Source of the DNA: Trichoplax adhaerens
Taxonomy: Eukaryota; Animalia; Placozoa
Assembly: GCF_000150275.1 (NCBI RefSeq)
Contig: NW_002060949.1
Location: 1,857,836 to 1,921,835 of the forward strand
Direction: 5' to 3'
Length of the DNA: 64,000 nt
Numbering within the stretch: position 1 is the stretch's first letter; each line of letters starts with the position of its first letter. This document shows, piece after piece, positions 1 through 14,256 of this stretch. Both the position numbers and the translations under genes were made by a program. The notes below the pieces were generated by a model. It was not told the origin of the DNA and made no database searches. It was given only the letters and a program-made list of their open reading frames with translations.

Positions 1-3000
1 AAACAAAGACTATTTTATACTGGATATTACACTTAAGATATCATTTTACTATTTTTTTTCTTTTATCTCTTGATCAACTGCGTTGTTAGGCAGAAATTTT
101 ATACAATTTGTGCTAATTGTGCATCACATTATTTTACATTTCAATAGTTATATATCACAATATAATTTAAAACTCAGCTGCACTTTCTACTTTTAGTTCA
201 AGATTCCGGTCTCAATCTTTACTCTATATCGCTTTGGTTTCGCGATATTAGGGCTCTAATTAAGAATAAATTAGTAATATTAAAACGACCTTAGAAATTT
301 CGTACATTTAATAGCATTATACCGTTTGTAATATTATGTTAGGAATATGAATACTGTAATACTTTTAATAACAAGTGTAACTAGAGACATCAAATTTATT
401 ATTAACAGCAGATTTCTATCGACGTTCGTAAAAATACATTGTACATATGATCTATCTTCTGTAAATCAATAAGCGTAAAGTGCATACGCACCTTATGCGA
501 AATTTATTACCATCGATAGTCATTTTAACAATAATTTTGACTGTAATGTATGATAACTAAAGGATATTGATCTTCTACCTCAGTGATGTATTGTATACAT
601 ATATTTATTATTCCATCGCTATGGTTAGAAAGTCGGCGTTTATAACTATAATAATAGTACCACGTAAATTGAAAGTATTAGATTTCTTATTGTCTAAAGT
701 TATTATATTATGGATAGTATATTAGCCCACTAGGATGATTATTTAAAGGAAAGAAGATCATCTGTCACGTATTCAACTTTTATCTTTAGTTTATTTTTCA
801 TCATTCATGGATATGATCAATCAGGCGATACAAGCTTATTAATTAATCACTAATTTATTTTATATTGCATTTAGATTTAACAAATTATATCCTAATAGCT
901 ATTAACAAAAATTCGGTAGCTAATACACGTATAGGTAGAAAATATCTAATTAGAAGGGTGTCTCATTATTATCAATTGTAGAAGAATCAGACCTATCAAG
1001 GTTTAGAGTAGTCATTATTGCACCATGACATATTTTAACTAGAGATTGCAATATAAGGCCAGCAAACAATATCCATAGAGAACATAATATTTAATCAAAT
1101 TTCCTTGCGCTAATGGGATAAAAAGTTAGCAATATGTCCGGATAAACAATAAAATACCCGTATAATCTAATTTGTTATCGGCATCTATTATTGGTATAAA
1201 ATAAAGCTAAAATAATTAACCCCAAGGTCGTGATAGCATTGTTGAGCGAGAAATGTGAATGATACATATTCGATATATGCAGTAATATTACGACAGTATA
1301 GAAATTTTAATGCTTGTTATAAATCTAATTAACTAAGCTTATAATGCACTAGTGAAAATAACATTCTAACGGGAAGTATTTTTATCACTGAGAAAGGTGT
1401 AAATGTATTGGCTATCAATAAAGCTGAAAAATTTAAATATAATAATTGTACTAGCACGGTAGAACTCCATAATATCATAACTAATTCAAAAGAACTTGCC
1501 AAAACAAACTCTATCAAACAATTAAATGACGCATGTACCCAACCAGGTACTATACTATCACATATAACGTGATTAATTATAATTATGACCTGGTGCATCT
1601 ATGCGTAGTCAGATGTAATGTTAGTTGAGAAATACATTTCACCGTATCGATTTAGAGTTAAGAAATAAAAAATTTCTTGATATGAGCAGTATCAAATCTC
1701 ATTTTCTAGCTATGGATCATCGCAAATTAAGAGTAAAACTTGAATAAATATCACTTGCAAGATTCTTTTCCCATCGTATTTAATTATTTGCTATATAAAA
1801 TATTATTAGAGTGTGAACAAATGGCATGATTGCTAATGGCCTATGTTACATATACCGCACAATATACTTATACATTTAAGCAATATATCAAGATAAATCT
1901 AGCGTATAAAAGAAGTAAAATCTATGGCCGTATAATTTTTTTCGTTAAGTTTAAAAATTGTACCTATTTCTAAACTATAATGCAAATACTTTTAGATATA
2001 AGTACAAGAGTGAAAAAATAAAAAACAAAAACCGATATTTAAGCTGCAATTTTTTTTACAGTTTTTATACCTTTACATTAGAATATTATTAAATATTTTG
2101 CGAATAATGACAAGTAGCTAACTATTCAATTACTGTATTTGCATTAATTTACCTCAATTTTATCAATAGCTAAAAAATAAAAAAAAGGTAAATTTTTTGT
2201 GGAAATGGTGGTAAAAGGCGTAAGAATCTTAGAGTTCGTTCACATAGATCAAATCTCGCCAGTTCTAATAGATTTGTGATTGCAACACCATAGTAAGTAA
2301 AAAAAAATTGCTATTATGTTTATAGCTAACTTTATCCAAATTCATATCGGTAATAATAATTCATAAATGTAGTGAAAACATAACTAGCACAGAGCTAGAG
2401 CAATAATACAGATGATATGGGAAGGAGGAAATTTTGTAGATGTGCTACCAGGTAATTAATAATATAAAAGGTACATTAGCAGGTGTATGCGGTTATAAAA
2501 TTCTCTTTTCCTTACAAATAATTATGTACTATTGTCTCGAGTTCGCAGATACTGCAATACTTAGTGTTAGCTGCTCCGTATTCTTCTCTCTTTATAACCA
2601 CATGGTATCATTATACAGTACAGAGATATTATGCGAAGATATTTATGAATTTTTGACATTGGTGACGGCTTACCTTTTAGTGGTAATACATCAGTCATAG
2701 TCTTTGATTTTATACGTACAACGGGTACTTTAAAGCTAGTAGATCCGATGAAAATTAGAGCAGCTAAGTTGAGAATATATTGTTATGGCAATCAATTATT
2801 AAATGCGATATGTGTATTACATTTATTAAAGTTCCTTAAACCGCTACATACTTGGATATCATTCTGAATAATTCTTTTGAAATAGAATCACATTGAGATT
2901 TTTTTAAGAGCATAAAATAGTCACTGTGAAGGTAAAAGTGAATTAATCTGCTGTTGGTTAGTCTATGTACCATATTATGGAATTAAAGCTTCCTTATACT

Positions 3001-3104
3001 TTTAATATATGGTAAAAGTCACAGAATATTTTCATAGCTATAGTTTAGCAAGCATACGATTGGTATACCAGAACATAAGGCAAAAATCTTTCGATTTAAC
3101 CAAG

Positions 3105-3750
3105 CACCCGCAAATGTATCTCAGTTATTTTAACAAATTAATTGATTCTTATAATTATCAATTCAACTAAGTTGCATCTTTGTGAACCTTTTGAATATCA
3201 AGAACTTCTCGATCTAGCCGTAGGTCTAAAAATGTACTCCTGTAATTTTAACAATAAATCGATTCTTATAATTATCATTTCAACTAAGTCGCATCTTTGT
3301 GAATCTTCTGAATATCAAAAATTTCTCGATCTAGCCGTAGGTCTAAAACTGTACTCCTGTAATTTTAGCAATAAATCGATTCTTATAATTATTAATTCAA
3401 CTGAGTTGCATCTTTGGAACGTTATAAATATCAAGAATCTCTCGATCTAGCCCTACGTCTAAAAAAGTATTCCTGTTGTTCTATCCATAAGTTGATTATT
3501 CTTATTCTAGCCACGCTGCATCTTTGTCAAGCTTATCAACATCAAGAGTCCCTCGATAGGTAGGCATATATCATAAAAAAGTATTCCTGTTATTCTAGCA
3601 ATAAATTGATTCTTATAATAATTATTCCAACTAATTTGTATCTTTGCGAACCTTATAAGCATCAAGAATTCCTCGATCTAGCTATACATCTAAAACAATA
3701 ATCTAGTTTTTGTATCAGTAATTGATTCTTCTTATCATTATTCCAATCAC
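3105..3750. repeat. Tandem minisatellite, ~117-bp unit, ~5-6 progressively diverging copies
   Basis: The unit ...gattcttataattatc..caactaagttgcatctttgtgaa..atatcaagaacttctcgatctagccgtaggtctaaaa.tgtactcctgtaatttta.. recurs at ~117-bp spacing. ORF 3142-3450 is just the repeat translated. Confidence 0.9.
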
Positions 3751-6409
3751 ATAAAAATATAACGATAGACACTTCTTCAGTACGGTATTAATATCATAAT
3801 ATTTGGGTTTTAAACTACAAAATTTGTACGTGACCATAGTACAGTAATTGCATAGATATTGCGTAATTTCAGGATTAATATACACATATACCATAATGAA
3901 TTAATTATATAACGGAGATATTTTGTAAGCATAAAGAATAGCATCGATACTAACTGGCTAATACACCGGCATTAAGCATTAATAGTAATGAACTGATTAT
4001 GGCAGTAAGAAGGTCGTTATCGTCCTCCATGTAAAGGTGGCATCATGATTGATAGTTTAAAGGCAATCAGTTTACGCTGATAGAGCTGATACCGTTGGCT
4101 TTATTTGTGTTAATGTGTGTGCAAGATGGATATTACTCATCAGTATTTGAACTGATTTAGACACCGTGTGCAATAGAGGTTGATCTAGTCAGTGGAGCAT
4201 TGATGTAAACTGACAGCAAACAAGAAATAAGAACCCGCTAAGTGTACTCCATAGTTTGTAAGTGGATGATACTACGGTCGCAACACAATCAAGTCCATCG
4301 CCACAATACCATAAAGTCTTATAGTGGACTAGCATACAGTATATACGTTAAAGTGGAACGTTGTATCGTGAGAAGTTCATTAGGATATGACTTTAATTAT
4401 GTAAGTTGCAACCTAGCACAACAGACTGCGAAAATTGAAGAAAATTATAAATTGATATTTAACACTACCGCAAGTATGCGTGTATATCGATGATTGTCTT
4501 TTCTATTTTGAGCGTCTAATCTTAACCATTTTGGCTGTCACTTAAGATCAAGAATTACCTCTTGATAGAATCAGTTAGTAATGTGTGTAGGTGATTGATT
4601 GTAAATTGCTTAGATCATTGCGGGAGTGCCAAGGATATTTTAGTTTTTGTAGCAACTGTCTATGTCGAAGTGTAAAGCCTGATAAATATACAACGGCATG
4701 CAAACTGTGAAAACATGTTTTGTTGTTGTGCAGAATTGAGTTGGATCTTTAAGTACAATATTATAATAAAAATGGAATTTGTTTCATGAAATCCCATGCA
4801 GGCATTCAGCTATACATTTTATATAAGTAGGAGTCGCCTAGCCATTAGAATAGGAATAAGTAGAGCCCTTTATAGAGGGAGGTGCATATCTACAAAAAGC
4901 AATTGTAATGTAAATGTCTTCAGTCTTTTTTTGTTAACCGCATTATGGCTAATTTATACAAATATCAGTGTTAAGCACAATGTTGGCGATCCTTTAAGGG
5001 CCATATGTTGTTATATGGAATGCAGACAATGTAGAGATATAAAGCAGTCATTGTACTATGTTGATATTTACTTTCAACATTATAAATATGCAGTTCGTTA
5101 TTTAGGTTACATTCTTGCTTTTCTTAGGATATAACATGTACAATGCAAGATTGTAAGACCATTTGTAAAAGAGATAGATTTATCTTATTAATTATAATGC
5201 TATTACGCTATGATGTCTTTAGACGTGATTCTAATGACTTCAGTTTTTAATTAATTTTAGCCAATAATAATATTTTTATCAGAAAAATAATTAGGCTGAA
5301 GTTAGTGTAGTATTCTTATGCCAAACATTACATAATATGATTAACTTATAGGATCAGAAATTCAGAATACCAGAACTACTATAGATGGGTTCTATCCTCT
5401 ATCCTTTTACTCGTATTCATTTACAAATGATTTTATTTTAGATGTTATGTAAGCGTATAATATGATTACCTTGATTGAATCCGAATAGAACGAGATAGGT
5501 TCTATCCCCTGTCCTTATATTAATTTGTAAATTATCTTATGTTCTATTTGGATTCATTCAATTTACAGTACAGTATTCTTGTCTAGTTTTTATCCATCTT
5601 TCGTGGCTAGGGTTTTATCGTATTGTACATTTTCAATTTTAGTTACAACTAGCGTATAGTAACTAGTCAGCAATGGATGTAAAATGCATTTCCGTCATAA
5701 GTATTGTAGGCGACTGTAAAAAATGAAATGTATCGACTTTTCGCTGGATAATAGTGTAATCGCATACGCTCATTTCGTATATTCGTCTTAGACGTCGGAG
5801 ATGTATGAGTGTACAGCAAATTAATCCAAAATTGATCTCCTTCGATAGCGGCTTGCCTAAAATATACACGGCAATAGCTGGGAAATTCCCCTTATTTTTT
5901 AGTCGTTGTTAAATGAATCGTCGTTTGTCAGATAGACGTATATGCACATTGCTGAATGTATCTTGTTAACTGTCCAAAATTGCAAATTATGGTCATTACT
6001 CAGGTCTAGGAGGATTCCATCCTATGGTGGAAAGATATACCTGTACATGATACGAATGAAGTACTGTATCTGTAGTATACGTTACTGATCGAGGACGTCC
6101 ATTCGATTGGACTGGAGCAGATTCAGCGGTGTTGATCGGTGAAAAAGTTTTCGAGATATTTTTTCTCATTATAGTTATGCTCACACATAACATAATTTAT
6201 TGGATAGATGGGACAAGAAGTTGCCATTTTCAATAGCTCTGCCAAGTCTTTTAGGCAGGATATAAGAGTACAGCTTACTGCATGTGATTGATATGATGCA
6301 GAGGAAAGAGATCGCTTTAGGCCGTATAAAAAAAAAAGCATTTCCACATTGCGGCACTGATTAATATTATATTGACAGCTTACTACTCGGATATTAAATC
6401 AGTCGTGTG

Positions 6410-7735
6410 CATTTAATTTTCCTTTATACTGGTAAAAAAGTGATTGCAACTTGTAAGTCATTTCAAGTGTAATGATTAGAAATCAATGTGATGGATTAAT
6501 ATTTTAATGGAGGCATGATTGATTTTGGAGGCAAATACTACTCGTATAGGCGTATTAACCCAGTCGTATACACTAAGATTTCCTTTGCAGAGGCGAAAAG
6601 AGATTGTAAATCCTTTCAAGTATCAAGGCTAGAAATGGATGTGTAGCCTTTCTACATTTCTATTCAATATAAGCAAGATCGATTTTCGAGTAGTCTGACT
6701 GTATGTTATGAGTTCTGTGAACTTCTGTCCACTGGAAGGGGAAGCTTAAAACGCTCGATGAATCTAGTCCAGTGCACTGAGCTCTTCCATTGCATTAGTG
6801 AAAAGTGATTTAAAGCCATTTCAAATGTAAATCAATCTTTTACAAAGGCAATATCAATTTAAGAGCCAAGTATAGCATACTGTTTTTGGCCAACTACGAA
6901 AGAAAGAGAACCCTATTAAGCCGTAGAACAAGGAGTTTCATTGCAACACGAATTCATATTGGCGCTAGTATCTCATTTAAATCAGTGGTATACAGTGAAT
7001 TTTCTTTTACACTAGTGAAAAGCGATTGCAAGCCATTTGAAGCGTAAAGCCTACAGAAATCAATCTTTATCCATCAATATTACATGAAGTCAAGATTGAT
7101 TTTACGGTGAAAAAGTTGGCGAGCAGCTCGGCGACGCTTCTTAAGCGCCAGGGTTTCATTTAAACTAGTGACATGCAGTGAATTTTCCTTTGCACTAGTG
7201 AAAAGTGATTGCAAGCCATTTGAAGCGTAAAGCTTACAGAAATCAATCTTTATCCATCAACATGAAGGCAAGCTTGATTTTACAGTGAAGATTCATTTTT
7301 GAATTTGTAACAAAAAGTTGCATTAAGTGCTTGGATGATCTCATTTAAACCAGTGATATGCAGTGAATTTTCTGTTACACTAGTGAAAAGTGATTGCAAG
7401 CCATTTGAAGTGTAAAGCTTACAGAAATCAATCTTTATCCATCAACATGAAGGCAAGATTGATTTTACAGTGAAAATTCATTTTTGAATTTGCAAAAAAA
7501 AGTTGGCGAGCAGCTCGGCGACGCTTCTTAAGCGCCAGGATCTCATTTAAACCAGTGGCATACAGTGAATTTTCCTTTGCACTAGTGAAAAGTGATTGCA
7601 AGCGATTTGAAGCGTAAAGCTCACAGAAATCAATCTTTATCCATCAATATGACATGAAGGCAAGATCGATTTTACAGTGAAAAATTCATTTTTGAATTTG
7701 CCCCAAAAGTTGGCGAGCAGCTCGGCGACGCTTAT
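6410..7735. repeat. Tandem array of ~180-200-bp units (4 well-conserved copies plus ~3 degenerate upstream copies)
   Basis: cagtgaattttcctttgcactagtgaaaagtgattgcaagccatttgaagcgtaaagc.tacagaaatcaatctttatccatcaa starts at ~6993, 7177, 7361 and 7563. Three units end in aaaagttggcgagcagctcggcgacgctt. Confidence 0.9.
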
Positions 7736-7799
7736 TAGAGAGACATCTCTCCTAGGGTAGCCCATCCTGTCCGTCTATCGTCCGTCATCCTAGCACTCC

Positions 7800-8120
7800 G
7801 TAGTGACTGTGGCGTGGTTTGACTCAGGGCTTGGTACAAAAACAAACAAATCCTGCTGTTGTGGATGGCGCTCGCTTTGAGTGTGTACTGTACCGCGTCA
7901 GTGAGTCAGCGTAAGGGTACAGTACGGACGTATTGGCGTGTTGGCGTGCCACTAGCGGAAGTGTACGGCACAACAGTTGATGGGCTACATGGCGTGGTTG
8001 TAGCAAGAGTCAACCGCCAGACGACACGATTTAGTACTGGAGTGAAGCGTATCAATGGGTACGTACCGTACTGCATGTCGTGTTTCCTGTTTACTTGCAA
8101 TGACAAAAGAGTGACGTAGA
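7800..8120. promoter_or_regulatory. Locally GC-rich cluster of transcription-factor motifs (putative enhancer/promoter)
   Basis: TGACTCA 7820, TGAGTCA 7902, CGGAAGTG 7956, TTCCTG 8084, TGTTTAC 8088, TTGCAAT 8095, TGACGTA 8111 and four GGCGTG. A (GA)n tract follows at ~8335-8362. Confidence 0.4.
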
Positions 8121-11100
8121 ATTTTCTTTTCTTTCCAATACAATACCATCGATCCAAGCAAAACAATACATAGTGGATCTAAGTCCAGTATATAATGTGA
8201 GCATCGAATTGCCTTTGCTCATCTAATTTGTATATCAAATAGGCAAAAGGATCGCCAAGCCAAGACGATCTCATCATCCTGTATTAGCAAGTTGATCTAT
8301 TTTCCTTATTTTGCTCCATCAGTGAGGAGTGGAAAGAGAGAAGAGAGAGAGAGAGAGAGAGAAAATTTGCGCCGAAAAACTCCTTGTCGACGACTTGATT
8401 GCGTCGTCCATGCTTCCATCATTTCGCCCTTACCATCATTTGTATTATGGCGACGTTATTCGTCAACTTGGTTTACTTGATCTTCCTTCAACTCGGTCAG
8501 TCTAAACATACAAGAATTTAAATCATTTTTATTGATTTTTCATCAATAATATATTACCTTTCATCATTAACGTGTACTGAACCATTGACTCTGGCCTAAC
8601 AGGCACAACATGGATCAATAACTGATCCAATCTGACTTCAATCACCATACTGTAGCCTATGCCATACGCCAATTAGCGAGAGCCACTTCGTTCTCATCAT
8701 GTTAATTGTCATGGCGTATTGTCTAGATAACGGCAACTTACGTGATGAAAAAAAAAAATTTTTTTCCATCCACATCTCCTCCCTAACTTTCCTTCAATTG
8801 ATTTCTTCCTCTTAGTTCTGATTCCATCTTGTAATATCATCCTATCGATTGCTAGGACTTTTTTGCAAAGTAGAGGGAAAACGATCATGAGTTGACAAGT
8901 CACCAACACGCCAACCATGATACTGTTTAGTAACACTGTTATATAAATAATAATTGAGTTATGTTTTGAATGCGCCATTGGAGATGGTTAAGAAGTTGTT
9001 TTCCTTCAACATTCTACCATCGCTTCCATCATTGAAAGAGTGCAAGAACTAACGTTATCATTTTCACTTTTTGGGGTCTCTTACTTTGTTCATTTTTTTT
9101 TTTTCTCCCTTTTCTTCTCTCCGCTTGTTTCAAACGTCCAAGACGTCGCTTAGTCAACATGGCTGATTTTACCATTCAGTCTTGACATCAGTCTTTAGCT
9201 TTTCATAGCATCACATGGATATTCCCATATTCATTTCGCAGTTACAATAGGTAGTTCAACATTTACAACTGAAGAGGTAAAGCACTTTCATATTTCAGGG
9301 GGGAGGAAAGAGATCACGGCCGAGACAATGGTACCATAATCGTTACTTTGAAAGGTATCATCATTTAATTGCCCCCAAAATAGGCTTGGCATATTCACAC
9401 TACGTAAAATACCATATTAACTGCCAGGAATTGTTATTTTGACCTTATCAATCGAGTCATAGAGTAGTAGTATAGTATCTTTCTCGACAGACACAACAAC
9501 TTCATCCTATCGTTTCTTGCTATGCAAGATCCAATCTGATGATAGAATAGCGATCGAATTGGACTGCAGCACAAGTCATTTCTTTTTCTATTGCTTACTC
9601 CGTAGTCCTTTACGCCGTACTACTAGATGATATACTGCAAAGAATGCAAATGACACGAGCAATAGCCAATGTCGTCCAGATTGCCTTGCCTCTTCCTGAT
9701 TGCACCAATAACTTGATGTTGGCTAGATCTTCTAAACTATCCTTAGCCCTCGTTTAGAATAATTCAAGTAATCTGCTTCATAGGCAATCACCAACACTGG
9801 TTAATAATTTATAACCTTCATTTTCATTCTTGCCCTGCCAGTCTACTAATCTAAACTGTCTAGTCTATGGCATACCTCTGGCAATTTTGTCTCCTTTCCT
9901 TCTAGACAGGAATAAGACCAGTATGGAAGTGATCAACATCTCCATATTTTTTCCCCCTCTTTCACAATCAGCAATCTCAACTTGTGCTATCCAACGCCAA
10001 CTACTACTTTGAACAATAGCTAGAGCTATCTTGAACGCCAAAAATAGTAAATGAGACACGCATGCTTTCGATGCATTTACAAGAAGTAGAAATAATTCAA
10101 TGCGTATAGATATTATTATTCCATTTTTCTCCATTTCTAGTAAAACTAGTAGTCGAATAGGAGAACAACAATATTTGATTGTCAACATTAGCGAGAGTTA
10201 AGAAAGTTGACACTACACGTTGCGTTATGTCAACCAGTAATGCCCTTAATTTAACCAACAAAAATGATTGATTTATGATGAATTGAGATTGAATTTTTAG
10301 GCTCAATCTACAGTTATTTTGATTGAATTTATCGGCAGTAGTTGCACACGTAGTGTACATTCCTTTTGATTGAATTAATCTTGTTAGTATCGCTGTTGTA
10401 GCGAAGTATTACTGAAAATTAGAATACAATACTTTACATTTCTGACTGCCTTTAGTTACCGTTTCTTTACATGATGGAGTTATTGAAAAGGGCATACTAG
10501 TTGAAAAGATGTACAATGCAAGTATAGACTGCCTCGTCTGATGATAGTGGACTATACTGAAGACACTTTGCAAGCAACGCATCCAGCATACTACCAAAAT
10601 AATAATAGCAGTTCAATTAAAATGCCATGTTGAGGGATAGAAGAATACATTTCTAGTAAATTTATTATTATTTTTTAATTTAGCTATTAATTTGACCAGA
10701 CAAAAGTATCACAGTGTAAGCTATATTCTTCTTATTTCTACTTATGACTAAGCTTAGACTTTGAACTATTCTATTTCTTTGATATCATTGACAGAAAGAT
10801 GTATTTTGTTGTCTTCTTTTGGAGACGATAATTGCGTGATTATCAGTGCGGAAAATAGAGTCAATAAATAGATAGGGGGGATGTTGAAGAGTCTAGAGCG
10901 AAGGGATAGATGGCTTTTTACAGTGATCAGCCATCTTTTTCATACTCCATGTTAACGCAATAGTTCTCCTTGTATCCATTGTCATACAATAGTTATCATG
11001 CTCGATTTATAGGCACGATAATGTAGCTCTGGAATTTCTATTCCAGTACTCGACTTGCATGTTGTCCAATTTTCCATTTTTTTTTTTTTTGGGGGGGGGA

Positions 11101-14100
11101 GGAACGATATCTTTTATGTGATAACGCCTCTGTTGATCCTCTTAGTAGTGTTATTGATTGAAGATGATTCCAGTAGCGTTAATGAATCAATAGCCAAAAC
11201 GATTGAAACTGTTCCATCTTCCAGGTGGAAAATACTCTTAACACCCTTGTACTGTATACTAGATTGACAAGATGGCAATACTATAATTTAATCGTCTACA
11301 TGGATGAGAAATTGAACGTATTCATGCTGAAGTGAATTCGCGCATTGCATAGTCACCATCCTCAGTCTACCCTAGGATGAAAAAAAAATGCATCAATTAT
11401 AATTATTCGATATTGCCCTTAGGAAAAGGAGAAACCATTAATACAAGTACTGTAGGAACGCAAGATAACAATACCAGACATGATTCAACAATCCTCTAAT
11501 ATTCGCGATCATAGATACTCATTTTTTGCTCCCTATCATTGTTATTAACATTGAGAAATAAATAGAATTGAAGTATGATATTACAGTATTACTCATTCAA
11601 GTGGATGAGAAAGCTATTCAACTGGAGAACGATTACTTCATCATTCTGGCCATTTTGCGGAATGGATGGCCTACTATAGTTTTCTCCCTCTTTTCCGTAT
11701 CATGGTGTAGAACATGGAGTATGTTGCATTCAGTTAAGTTGAAATAGTGGATGATAGCTAAGATTAATTTACAGTTTGGATAGCATGGTGTTGCATTGAT
11801 TCATCTCTAATAATCCAATGAAAGTGTCGTATTGAGGGTTGATGTTGGCCAAGTCTTGGACTCCTTTTGCTCAACCCCATCCACCCATGTCGACTTATTT
11901 GATATAATAGCGACATGCTTTTTACAGCCTTTTTGCTCTGTTAGACACATGGAATCTTCAATCTTGATATTATTATTTTTCTTTTATTCTGCCAAAGCGT
12001 TTTTCCAATTTTAGCCAGATCGCATTGTGCTTGAAGGAGGAAATAACAGAGAAAGAGAGGGGGAATAAAGAATTCAAGAAATGGAGATATTTTCTTTTTT
12101 TCTTTCAAATTCCTTTCCTCCCCCCCCCTAAAAATAATAGCGATAAGACTCTTGCCATAGATTGCTAATATGTCCAATGGACACCATGGCTACCAACAAT
12201 TTAAGCATGCATGGCTATATAACAAACAATATCGTATATTGTCAGTTGTCGTCCATTATCATCTAATTTATAATTGATGTACCGGTGTATTGAAAGTAAA
12301 TCTGTCAATTGAATGATTATTTTAGGGCTGCATGCCATATTGTAACCGAGCTCTTTAGTCTTACTTGATTAAAGATATTTTTTTTCCTCTATCCTTTTTT
12401 TAACTTTTTTTTCTTCAAGACCGACAATCGAGACTAATTGACGTTTGATATTTACAATACCTAAATAAGCAGCAATTGAATGATTTTTCAACCAACATTG
12501 AAAATGCCATTTCCACCAAATACGACATCCATCACTGATGAACCAAAACTTTGGACTTTATCCTGCCAAATAATTTAACAACAATACAGGCAAAGCTGTG
12601 ATTTAGACACATGTACAATATCTACAGAAAAGGAATTATTTTGAAAGAAGTTTTAAAAGAACTTCCTTTAAAATTTATTCCTACATTTTCTATATATTCA
12701 ATAGCCACACAAAATGATTCATCAGATGATATGATCATCATAGCAAAATACAACACAAGATACACATTTCTCTATAGTCGAATCCGTCATCCAAGATCAT
12801 ACAATATGATCGTAGTGAAAAAATACGATACAACCAAGTGAGTAAAACCTGCCATCACGGTCTAACTTCCACTACCAGTCGACTTGCCTTGAAAATTTCT
12901 CCTAAACACTCAATATCATGCAAGTTCATCATTGGAAAGAATGATGAAACGAAATATCAATTATATTATATAGTTAATTATCGTAGTGAAAAATTGACAA
13001 GGCAACAGAACGAGTGAGAAGAATTTCTTCGCGGTCTATCAACCTTTACAATTCTAGAGGAAAGGATCATCATACGCGATTACCACACGTGAAATAGTGG
13101 CCAAAGAATCGTGGTTTAGTAGTGATCCCTAGTAAAAATGATCTCCGTTAGCTAGCTCTTTCTTACCTATGGTTGATTTCAATATGGACAATCAATATTG
13201 TTTTACTTGCAAATTCACTTTTTGAACATAATATAACCATGTAAAAGTTACTCCTTCATGTTTGTCCCCTAACCATGAGTTATTAGGTATTTGAATTTCC
13301 TGACAGTTTATACAGGTTCATTTCACAAATACCGACCTACAGTCGTTTTAGTTAGTTTTTATTTTTTTTTCATGGTAAAATACCGAGACAGTCATAAAAA
13401 TGATAGCCATTTTTTTTTTTCAATCCTACTTCGTCCATCGTGGAATAGATCGATCACGATTTGAACTTGATGTAAAAATTTTGAACTTTCTTAATAGATC
13501 ACACGATAATAGTACGAGTAATAAGAAAATGATGCGTCAAATTCATGGGATCTCCTTGGATAAAATTATTTACATTTTGAGTCATTTTGAAAAAAAGGGG
13601 AGGAGGACATACTTAAGAATATGTTTTCTATTGACTAGCGAAAACAATTTACACATCTTGTACAGCAACCTGCAATTTTATGCTATCATCAACATGGATC
13701 CCAGTTGCTATGGATGTCTTCATAAATATCATCCATGTTCAACAACGGGCCCCATCAACTACGTGTAAACCCTGCTAGTGAAACTCTCCATTTGAGTAGC
13801 AAAAGAAACGTATTCGATGGATTTCTTGAAATGATAGGCTAAGTTTTTTTTCTCCCCTCACTTGGAACACCATCATTATTTTTACCCCATTACAGTGAAG
13901 AGTGGGTGGACAGAGCGAACATGCTGTCTGGGCGATGTTTTAGCCGTGAATATCCTTCCTTATGTGATTGAAAATAATAATATGAAATGATGGCCAACCC
14001 ACGCTTGTTGACAAGGCTATGCATTACACTACTCTGTTGCTTTCTATCAAGCAATAAGCATTTTCAGCGTAATATGTTGTCATCCAAGGTTATGCCATGT

Positions 14101-14256
14101 ATTTTTTTTTTCTTTTATGCAATGAACGGAATACTTGATGATCTATGAAATTTAAATCAATTACATTTTATGTCTTTTACCTCCAACCATGTCCATTGTT
14201 GCTAAGTGAATTAGTTCAAGTTGATCATTTTAATGTGTGCAAGTTATTTTTCTATC

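Noticed and set aside
3142-3450. ORFs encoded in repeats (also 24041-24370, 41534-41818, 43379-43657)
   Set aside because: By-products of tandem or duplicated non-coding sequence; other copies contain stops.
8200-14200. Numerous 60-120 aa ORFs
   Set aside because: No domains or consistent splice structure, and many homopolymer runs; behaves as non-coding regulatory or intronic DNA.
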